A DNA stretch of 64,000 nucleotides from Methanobacteriota archaeon (GTDB taxonomy: Archaea; Thermoplasmatota; Thermoplasmata; SG8-5; JAGLSY01), in assembly GCA_020697715.1 (NCBI GenBank), contig JAEHCO010000001.1, positions 160,001 through 224,000 on the forward strand, in the 5' to 3' direction. The stretch's first letter is position 1, and every line of letters starts with the position of its first letter. Positions 39,833 through 47,943 of this stretch are shown one piece after another. The position numbers were made by a program, and so were the translations under genes. The notes under the pieces are model-generated. The model searched no databases. It had not been told where the DNA came from and saw nothing but the letters and a program-made list of their open reading frames with translations.

Positions 39833-41146
39833 TTGATAATAATGAACAATCAACCAAAACCTAGAACTAAATACATTGTTGCTACATTGACATTGGTAAC
39901 TTTCATCATTCTAATATCAGGTATATCAAATTCGGCTGTTTCGGCCGAGCAGAGAAGGTCTATAACTTCTCAAGAAAGATATGAGACCTTGCCCTTCAGT
40001 CCTGGTAGTCTGATCATCCCGATGGATGAGAAACAGAATGATAGATTACAGGCCTTTGGCATGCTACACGCGCTCCTAAGAAATGAGACTATTTGTTATA
40101 GGCTCATTGGCCCTCCAACTACTTTCATAAAGACTATGACATATTCAAATGGGAGTAATTATTCTGGCGGCCCTATAATTTTGGTGGAGTATAATATTAC
40201 TTTATTGGCTGGTATCATAACTCAATTCTCCGAGGTCACCATACATGAGGTGTCTGAGACATTCATAGGGCAAAAGGTCTATAAGATCCAGGAACCTACA
40301 AAGATATTGATAATAGGGAGAGAAGGCACTGACTATCAAGAAAGCCTGTCTGCCGAATTATTGAATAATATGAAGATACCGTATAAGGTGAAACAGATCT
40401 GGCACATCTATCCCGATTCAACAGATTTCTTGGACAATGACCTTATAATCATCGAAGATCCCGGCCAGAACGGAGAAATGAGGACTTGGAAGATGGAGAT
40501 GATAAGAACAGCTGTGGCCAGTGGCAGGAACTTTATATTCATTGGCAAGGCCATCAAGGATCTAGTGGACATATTTCCAATGTGTGTGAGCACTTATGCT
40601 GTGAACAGTGAGGTGAATTATCAGGCCACATTTGACAATATCGGTGAATCACCATCTCAGTATCATGGATCTGAGATCATCAATGTGACCACAAGTAAAT
40701 TTATAGCCACAACGCCCGTGAACCCTGATCTGGACCTCAAGCCCATGCTTTATGCAGATGGATATGATGCCCAGATACTATTCGCTTCCTATTTCAGATA
40801 TGGGGATGGTACTGTGGAATTATTCTCATTCGATCCAGAGAAACAGAATGGAGAAATGAGAGAAATGGCTTCCATATTCCTTGGCAATAGGTTCGTGCAA
40901 GCTCCACCAGCTCCATTGAAACCACCAGTTCCTTTGGCACCATCCGCAATGCCTATGCCATCACCGGCCTTACCGCCGCCGCCGCCACCGCCGCCGCCAC
41001 CACCACCAAGCGTGCCAATGGCTACAGCGGCTATCCCCGCACAGTACCTATTCGCAGGATTTGCAGGTCTTGCTTTAGGTGATAGATTGAAGGGCAAGAC
41101 CAAAACAAAAACTGCCGTAAGACAGAAGATCAAGATAAGTACATGA
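39833..41146 (+). CDS. Secreted/surface protein with poly-proline stalk
   Basis: Signal peptide, GSLIIPMD..AFG..YSGGP motif, Pro12 run, hydrophobic then basic C-terminus. Confidence 0.7.
   Translation: MIIMNNQPKPRTKYIVATLTLVTFIILISGISNSAVSAEQRRSITSQERYETLPFSPGSLIIPMDEKQNDRLQAFGMLHALLRNETICYRLIGPPTTFIKTMTYSNGSNYSGGPIILVEYNITLLAGIITQFSEVTIHEVSETFIGQKVYKIQEPTKILIIGREGTDYQESLSAELLNNMKIPYKVKQIWHIYPDSTDFLDNDLIIIEDPGQNGEMRTWKMEMIRTAVASGRNFIFIGKAIKDLVDIFPMCVSTYAVNSEVNYQATFDNIGESPSQYHGSEIINVTTSKFIATTPVNPDLDLKPMLYADGYDAQILFASYFRYGDGTVELFSFDPEKQNGEMREMASIFLGNRFVQAPPAPLKPPVPLAPSAMPMPSPALPPPPPPPPPPPPSVPMATAAIPAQYLFAGFAGLALGDRLKGKTKTKTAVRQKIKIST
40973..41008 (+). repeat. (CCG/CCA)12 run encoding 12 consecutive prolines
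   Basis: Read directly from the sequence. Confidence 0.9.
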
Positions 41147-41155
41147 GGGTTGAAT

Positions 41156-42385
41156 ATGAAAACAATTAGAATGCTAGGATTTGCAATCGTGATATCGCTC
41201 CTATTCACTATGACAATGGACATCGTATGTTGTCAGGATGAAGTAGAAGTTCTGGATGAGGGAACAAGACAGGGATTCATAGGATGGCAACATGTTGATT
41301 TTGATGAGAATTTGGAGGTGGACTATGCACCAATTCACCCCAAACCTACGGATCCAGTTACCATAACCCTCAGATCTCTTGAGCCAGAGGTTACCATAAA
41401 CACGGCTTATATGGATGTCACGGTCACTTATCCTCAAGGTGGTGTCGCCACTGGTGGAAGGACATTCCTGAGGATCAGTGAAACGGAGATGAAGTGCATG
41501 ATAGGCCCATTTGATTACAATGGGACCACGGTGACATTCTTCATCAATGCCTATGATTATAATAATGTCCAGATGCAATCTTCAGTATACACGATCAATG
41601 TGGTGGGAGAAGAGAGAACTGGCGGATGGCAAAGATTGACCTTTGATGGGAATATCAATCTTACACAAACTCCCGTATCTCCAAATGCCAGTGAACCTGT
41701 CAATATAATTGTCGAATCCCGTGATGGAGTTCCTATAGAAGGGGGGAATCTGTATTTCGTCTACAAGCCAATAGATGGCGATATTGAGTCTGGTGGATGG
41801 GCTTTCGATAGAGTGAACATGACGACATTGGAAAGGGAGATACCAGGTAATTTCCACGATGCAGGTGCAAATATATCATACTGGGTGGTCGTATGGGATG
41901 AATACAGTAATCTGACAAAGTCAGAGCCCATGAATTACTCCATACCGGGAGTTGTTATGTTCAATTACCCGTTCATATATACAGTAAGAGAAGATAATGG
42001 AGATATCGACAATTCGAAATGGTATCCGGATATGATAATATTCATGTCCTTTGCCGTGATGGCAATAATGATAGTCCCACTTTACACCTTCATTTACATC
42101 AAAGAGGTGAAGATAAGAAAGAAGAAGGGTGATCTGATCATAAAAGAAAGTGAGAAAGAGATCCTGGGTGGGATGAAAGAAGATGATGATCTGGAAGAAG
42201 ATCATCAAATATTGGATGGAACTACTGATCAATACAATCTGGAAGTTGAAGGAAATGGCGAAGCCATGGACGGAATGATGGAAATTGAAGATACAGTAGA
42301 GATGGAAATAGAGGATCCAGTGGAGGACGAGATACTGGATGAGACTGAGGATCAAAAACCCAAGAAAGGAAGGTGGTTCAAATGA
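41156..42385 (+). CDS. Single-pass membrane protein: two Ig-like repeats, TM, acidic cytoplasmic tail
   Basis: Signal peptide; internal duplication (FDENL..P.P.P.DPVTI vs FDGNI..PVSP..EPVNI); TM, KKK, D/E-rich tail. Confidence 0.7.
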   Translation: MKTIRMLGFAIVISLLFTMTMDIVCCQDEVEVLDEGTRQGFIGWQHVDFDENLEVDYAPIHPKPTDPVTITLRSLEPEVTINTAYMDVTVTYPQGGVATGGRTFLRISETEMKCMIGPFDYNGTTVTFFINAYDYNNVQMQSSVYTINVVGEERTGGWQRLTFDGNINLTQTPVSPNASEPVNIIVESRDGVPIEGGNLYFVYKPIDGDIESGGWAFDRVNMTTLEREIPGNFHDAGANISYWVVVWDEYSNLTKSEPMNYSIPGVVMFNYPFIYTVREDNGDIDNSKWYPDMIIFMSFAVMAIMIVPLYTFIYIKEVKIRKKKGDLIIKESEKEILGGMKEDDDLEEDHQILDGTTDQYNLEVEGNGEAMDGMMEIEDTVEMEIEDPVEDEILDETEDQKPKKGRWFK

Positions 42386-45042
42386 ACACAAGCATGGCTA
42401 ATCCCGGAGCATATGGGGTGATCAGTAATCTAAGAAAAATAGCCTCACGAGAATCAAAAGAGCCTAAAATGGTCATGGTTTTGTTATTCTTCATCCTGGG
42501 ATTGTTCGGATGTACATGGATACCTTTCCTCCCACTGTGGATGTCCATACTTGTGGCATTCGTCATAGCTGCGATATCATACGGCTTTCCCTACCTTTCA
42601 ATGATAGTGCTCAGCATCTTCGTGATAGGGGCTGCCGGATACCAGACACCGGAATTCGGACTTTTCATGCTGCTGTTTTCCATGGTCGTGCTGGTAATAG
42701 CGATGTTCGATTGGAAATTGGGATACTTGGTATTTCTATCAATATTCCTTTCCAGGTTCGGTCTTTCACTTATGGTCCCGATAGTGGCAGCTACACTATT
42801 TCCTTTATTATTATCAATATCCACTATCGTGATTGCGGGAGTGTTCCTCACCTTCATGGTCACATGCGGGAATATGACGATCGCCGGTATGCTGGTAGGC
42901 CCTGTGCATGATACCAGCTTCATTGTATTTTACAAACCAGAGATCGTTGATTTCATACCTTCGGACCTCGGTGTCGCCCTTGGATACTTACAGGATGCGG
43001 ATATGAGCATGATGGGAAATATCATAGCTGATAATCTGGGACTCACCATCATGCCGATAATTCAATTGATCCTCTGGGCATTCGTGGCCTTCCTCGTTTA
43101 CATGCTTTTCAACAGGAAGAAGATACAGGGAAGGTTCAATATCGCATTGACCCTCGTACCTTCAATCACCGCGATGATGATATTCATTAATTCCATAAAT
43201 CTCATGCTCACACCCACACCTGATGCTATCAACATGGGATATATGATCTTACCCATGGTCATAGCTTCTATTCTCATTGGAAGAGTTGGGCATGAATTAT
43301 ATTTCATATACTTCACGAATTTGGAAGTGGAGACCAATGTTGGAACCCGGATATCGGATATGGATAATCTAGGGGAGAGCAGCTTCCAATTGATAGGGGG
43401 TCTGGATGATGTTAAAGAGGACATCAAAGAATCCATAATGATGCCGCTTCTGATGAATGAGGTCACCGCCAAATATGGGGTGGAAGCACCTCATGGTATC
43501 CTTCTATTTGGACCTCCTGGCTGTGGAAAGACAATGCTGATGAAGGCATTGGCCAATGAGCTTCGAGTGGAGATGATCACCATAAAATGTTCCGATATCA
43601 TGTCAAAATGGTATGGTGAGAGTGAGAATAAACTAGCGGACTTATTCGAAACTGCAAAGGAGAGAAGACCATGTATCATCTTCTTTGATGACATGGAAGC
43701 GATGGCCAAGCACAGGGATCTTTATGCTGGAGATGATGTCACACCAAGGCTTCTCAGTATCATGCTGGCAGAGCTTGATGGTATGGACAATGCCGCAGGC
43801 ATCATACTTGTGGGTACCACCAATAAGCCAGAGTTGATAGATCCAGCTCTTCTAAGGCCAGGAAGGTTCGACAAGATCATATACGTACCTCCGCCATCTG
43901 TCGAAGAGAGGGTGGAGATCCTCAAGGTCCATCTTCGTAACAGACCTCTGGAAGATGATATCGACCTTCGCCTCGCAGCATTGAAATCAGAAAGGTTTTC
44001 AGGAGCTGACCTTTCTAATCTTGCCAAAGAGGCCGCTGTTCTCGCAATGAGGAGATCTGTAGAAAGTGGGGAAGATTCGTATATCACTGGTGATGATCTT
44101 GTGGAAGTGGCTACGACAGTCAAGCCCAGTATTAATCTGGCCATGCTGAAAGAATATGAGCTTCTCAAGATGGATTATGAAAGGAAGATGCATCATAGCG
44201 AGAGGGATGAGAAGTGGCAGAAGATCAAATGGGAAGATGTTGCAGGCGCGGATAGAACAAAGAAGGATATCCGTGGGTATATTGACATCCTGACCAAAGA
44301 GCCCAAGATATTGGAAGATTTCCGCCTGAAAACAGGACGAGGGATGTTATTGTTCGGACCTCCTGGTTGCGGAAAGAGCCATATTATGAAGGCCGCGGCC
44401 AATGAGCTGAAGATACCTTTACAGATCATAAGCGCACCCGAGATGATTGGATCTGGTTTGGGAACCATGCCAGTTAATCAAATATTCTTCCGAGCGAGAG
44501 AGAACACACCTTCAATTCTGATGATAGAGAACATCGATGCCCTGGGATCAAGGGAATCATTCGAGAATCCAGAGGCTTTCAATGTGATATCCCAGATACT
44601 TGACGAGGTGGACAATGTCGAGGCCAGGGAGCATGTGCTTATAGTGGCGACCACCAATGATCCGGACAGCCTTCACCCCAGCTTGATGAGGCCAGGCAGG
44701 TTCGATAAGATATTCCTGGTACCACCTCCAAGCTCCAAGGCCAGAAAAGAGACCTTTAAAATATATCTGAAAAACATACCAACAGCACCCGATGTCGATA
44801 ATGAGCTACTGGACATACTGGCAATGAAGACCAGCGGATACAGCAATGCGGATATAGCCGCCATAGTCGATGAAGCAAAGCTTACAGCGGTCGTCAACAA
44901 TGATCCTGGTGGCGAAGTATGTGAAAGGGCTGTGTGCAAGGACCATCTATTGAATGCGCTGAAGATGGTGGAGACATCCATTACCAAGGAATATCTGGAA
45001 TCGACAAAGGCATTCATGGAGCGCTATAAGGTGAGGAAGTAA
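42382..45042 (+). CDS. Polytopic membrane protein fused to tandem Cdc48/p97-like AAA+ domains
   Basis: About 9-10 N-terminal TM; GPPGCGKT and GPPGCGKS; SKWYGESE; two RPGRFD; ATGA overlap with the upstream gene. Confidence 0.9.
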   Translation: MNTSMANPGAYGVISNLRKIASRESKEPKMVMVLLFFILGLFGCTWIPFLPLWMSILVAFVIAAISYGFPYLSMIVLSIFVIGAAGYQTPEFGLFMLLFSMVVLVIAMFDWKLGYLVFLSIFLSRFGLSLMVPIVAATLFPLLLSISTIVIAGVFLTFMVTCGNMTIAGMLVGPVHDTSFIVFYKPEIVDFIPSDLGVALGYLQDADMSMMGNIIADNLGLTIMPIIQLILWAFVAFLVYMLFNRKKIQGRFNIALTLVPSITAMMIFINSINLMLTPTPDAINMGYMILPMVIASILIGRVGHELYFIYFTNLEVETNVGTRISDMDNLGESSFQLIGGLDDVKEDIKESIMMPLLMNEVTAKYGVEAPHGILLFGPPGCGKTMLMKALANELRVEMITIKCSDIMSKWYGESENKLADLFETAKERRPCIIFFDDMEAMAKHRDLYAGDDVTPRLLSIMLAELDGMDNAAGIILVGTTNKPELIDPALLRPGRFDKIIYVPPPSVEERVEILKVHLRNRPLEDDIDLRLAALKSERFSGADLSNLAKEAAVLAMRRSVESGEDSYITGDDLVEVATTVKPSINLAMLKEYELLKMDYERKMHHSERDEKWQKIKWEDVAGADRTKKDIRGYIDILTKEPKILEDFRLKTGRGMLLFGPPGCGKSHIMKAAANELKIPLQIISAPEMIGSGLGTMPVNQIFFRARENTPSILMIENIDALGSRESFENPEAFNVISQILDEVDNVEAREHVLIVATTNDPDSLHPSLMRPGRFDKIFLVPPPSSKARKETFKIYLKNIPTAPDVDNELLDILAMKTSGYSNADIAAIVDEAKLTAVVNNDPGGEVCERAVCKDHLLNALKMVETSITKEYLESTKAFMERYKVRK

Positions 45043-45043
45043 G

Positions 45044-45382
45044 ATGGAAACGATCTCCTGGATACTGATCGTATCTATCGTGGTATTCATCCTCCTCGGG
45101 GTCTGGGGTATCAAATTCCCCAGGGCGGGAAAGGATTGGAACAAAAGCCGATCCGAGACCATGTCCATGATATTCAGTATGTTGATCTTCCTGGCCATGT
45201 TCCTCATGTTGTGGTATCTGATGGGAGTCATTGAATGGCCTGATGCCATGGATCTTATTGTCTGGATCTCCGCCATAACGTTCTTTGTCCTGATAATACT
45301 GGCAATTGTCCTTCCCAAAGGTACAAGACTGAGGCTTGGTAAGAAAGATAATAAAATTCAGGCTGCGGACGATGATGACTGA
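45044..45382 (+). CDS. Small 3-TM membrane protein
   Basis: Starts 1 nt after the AAA stop; three hydrophobic helices. Confidence 0.7.
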   Translation: METISWILIVSIVVFILLGVWGIKFPRAGKDWNKSRSETMSMIFSMLIFLAMFLMLWYLMGVIEWPDAMDLIVWISAITFFVLIILAIVLPKGTRLRLGKKDNKIQAADDDD

Positions 45383-45414
45383 AGAATGGACATGAATGGA
45401 TCAAAAAAAATTTA

Positions 45415-45439
45415 TCAGGGGTGTTTGAAACACCCCTGA
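45415..45439. terminator. Perfect inverted repeat between convergent genes
   Basis: TCAGGGGTGTTT-G-AAACACCCCTGA, with an A8 run on the left and a T-rich stretch on the right. Confidence 0.6.
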
Positions 45440-45514
45440 CAATTGTTATTTTTCAGGGTCCATCTTGGATGGATATTGATTCATCTGTGGTGAATCGACT
45501 TTCATCAGAATTCT

Positions 45515-46774
45515 TCACCTATGATGAAGATTCTTTGCCGCTATCACACTCAATCCATTCTTGGTCAAAGCATCTGCCGTCCTATTGATAGCCAGGTGCT
45601 TGTCCATGTAGTTCTGTGTGAGGTCTTCCATCATCCCGTTCTTTATGACATCGGCCTTGGGTAGGAAGTATTCCAGTATGTCAGATGGGTGGCTTCTTGA
45701 CTCCTCGATGTCCATGTCCCCGCCTTCGTGCTTGGCGCTGATATTCGGAACGGTCTTGGCAATATGCATCAATTCATCACGGCGATCGTATGGCTGGCGC
45801 ACGATGCTCTTGTATGATTCGAATATGTGATGTTCGAACCTGACCACATCGTCCAAGCTCATGGCCTTCCTGATCTCCGCACTTATCTCGATGGTCTCAT
45901 TGTTCACTGAATTGGAGAAGTTGAAACCGATCAGTGATGTTGTGCCGTCTCCCCTGCTGAACAATTTGGCACCCATCAGGGTCCAGAATATGGAATATGG
46001 ATTGTCATTACCCATGAATACCGATATTTTAAATTCATTGTTCACACCTAGCTTGTGAAGCATATAGGCCAGCATCACAGTTCCTGGGTTGACATTGAGC
46101 ACTTGATTGACACCGTAATTTGTGTAATAATACAGGAACTCGTCTATCCATTTGAGTCCGTGATCATTTGGCTGGCCCACACCACCGAAATAACCAGTGA
46201 TGGTCTCCGGACCACCAAGATGTACATTGGATCCGTCTGTTCCTTTTGTGTCCAGGGTCTCGCACACACTGGCTCCGACGATCTTCATGGCTGCCTGAAC
46301 TGCCAGAAGGTCATCATCGTCCTCCTGTTCCTTCATCATTCGAACGCGGATGAAACGACCAGGCATCAATTCCTGGTTGGCTATTGCCTGTCTCGCTTGC
46401 TTCATGAAGAAAGGAAAGTACTGAAGAGCACTGATCTCCAGAGTTACGGCGATGTCATCATCGAACTCCAGGCCAGTGGCATTATCGCCCACTATCTTCT
46501 TCTTGTAATCCTGGATGCTGATGAAGGCTCCATTGTCCCTCTGCTCTATCAGCCACTTCAGATCTGCCAGGTATGGTGAGTTCTTGGCTTCCAGTTGGCC
46601 GAGGAGATTTTCCAGCTTTCCAGCCTCCTCCGCCTTTCTGTTTATCTCAGCCACTCCACCATACTTGTCAATGATAGCAAGTAGATCATTGACCAGCTTA
46701 TTATCTGGATCCATTAGAAAATCATTTACCTCATTCAATCTTTTATCGGATATCTTTAACAGTTCTCTGCTCAT
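45515..46774 (-). CDS. Uncharacterised soluble protein, enzyme-like
   Basis: 419 aa with GGAGG RBS; motif-like segments LDTKGTDGSNVHLGG, FEHH, KHEGG. Confidence 0.75.
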   Translation of the reverse strand: MSRELLKISDKRLNEVNDFLMDPDNKLVNDLLAIIDKYGGVAEINRKAEEAGKLENLLGQLEAKNSPYLADLKWLIEQRDNGAFISIQDYKKKIVGDNATGLEFDDDIAVTLEISALQYFPFFMKQARQAIANQELMPGRFIRVRMMKEQEDDDDLLAVQAAMKIVGASVCETLDTKGTDGSNVHLGGPETITGYFGGVGQPNDHGLKWIDEFLYYYTNYGVNQVLNVNPGTVMLAYMLHKLGVNNEFKISVFMGNDNPYSIFWTLMGAKLFSRGDGTTSLIGFNFSNSVNNETIEISAEIRKAMSLDDVVRFEHHIFESYKSIVRQPYDRRDELMHIAKTVPNISAKHEGGDMDIEESRSHPSDILEYFLPKADVIKNGMMEDLTQNYMDKHLAINRTADALTKNGLSVIAAKNLHHR

Positions 46775-46829
46775 ATCTTTGCCTCCCCTTGGGTTGTATC
46801 AGGTTAATAGAATGTGATTAATAAAGATT

Positions 46830-47270
46830 GTGAAGTATCATAAGGATTTTAAGGCACGGGACCATGCTGAACATGTGGACTATGAAAAGACACTTGAGGA
46901 TATCCAGGAAGCTCTGGAGCTATTAGCCAGTCAACCAAATATTCCGATCATCGTGGAAGGCCGCAAGGATGTCAGGGCCTTACGGGAGCTTGGAATTGAA
47001 GGTATCGTAATAGTTCTAAATGATGGTAATTCGATCATCGACACTTGCACAAATCTATCTAAAGAACATAAAAAAGCCATAATTCTCACAGATTGGGACA
47101 GGAAAGGAGGGCAACTGGCTCGCCTGCTGATGGAAGCACTGGAGGCTAATGACATGAGATACGACAATGATATCAGAGCCACGATATCCAGACTGTCGAA
47201 AAAGGAAATTAAAGATATTGAGTCGCTACCGAAATACCTGGCCAGGCTGGAAGAGATGGCAAAAGGGTAG
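46830..47270 (+). CDS. Small Toprim-domain protein (RNase M5/primase-like)
   Basis: IIVEGRKD, ILTDWDRKG, KDIESL; start uncertain. Confidence 0.87.
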   Translation: MKYHKDFKARDHAEHVDYEKTLEDIQEALELLASQPNIPIIVEGRKDVRALRELGIEGIVIVLNDGNSIIDTCTNLSKEHKKAIILTDWDRKGGQLARLLMEALEANDMRYDNDIRATISRLSKKEIKDIESLPKYLARLEEMAKG

Positions 47271-47391
47271 GCATAAGGGCATTGACACTACAAGGGCGGG
47301 TGTCAACGATGTCCCAATGTGGTGGGGGTCTGGAAGGCGGGCGGACTAATTATTCACAACAACCCTTTTATCCCACCGAGCCAATACGCGA

Positions 47392-47889
47392 ATGGAGGAA
47401 TTCGATATGGAATTATTAACAGTCAAGATCAACAATCCGGATGAGTTGAACATCATCATAGGTCAGTCACATTTTATCAAGACCGCGGAAGACATCTACG
47501 AGGCCATGGTGAACACCGTGCCCAATGTGAAGTTCGGTGTCGCTTTCTGCGAGGCCTCGGTGAACCGTTTGGTCAGGGTGGAGGGGAATGATGATGAATT
47601 GAAGAAGCTGGCTGCGGAGAATGCGTACGCGATCTCCGCCGGTCACATATTCTTCCTCATCATGAGGGACGCATTCCCGATCAATGTCCTCAGGTCGATA
47701 AAGAACGTACCTGAGGTTTGCAATATATTCTGCGCGACCGCCAATGCCGTTGAGGTGGTAATCGCTGAAAGCGAGCAGGGGCGTGGGATACTGGGCGTTA
47801 TAGATGGTCAGCCCCCACTTGGGATCGAGGATGCGGAAGCAGAGGCCACGAGGAAGGAATTCCTGAGAAAGATCGGATACAAAAGATAG
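47392..47889 (+). CDS. Adenosine-specific kinase family (DUF355/COG1839-like)
   Basis: GQSHFIKT, FCEAS, FPINVL, CATAN, GVIDG, IGYKR. Confidence 0.88.
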   Translation: MEEFDMELLTVKINNPDELNIIIGQSHFIKTAEDIYEAMVNTVPNVKFGVAFCEASVNRLVRVEGNDDELKKLAAENAYAISAGHIFFLIMRDAFPINVLRSIKNVPEVCNIFCATANAVEVVIAESEQGRGILGVIDGQPPLGIEDAEAEATRKEFLRKIGYKR

Positions 47890-47943
47890 TAGCGGACTTA
47901 AGAAATCCAAATACCTAAATATCGTCGATCATTTGTACCCTCG

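Noticed and set aside
41144-41158. In-frame TGA between the poly-Pro protein and the next gene
   Set aside because: The downstream gene has its own RBS-like GAGGG, ATG and signal peptide
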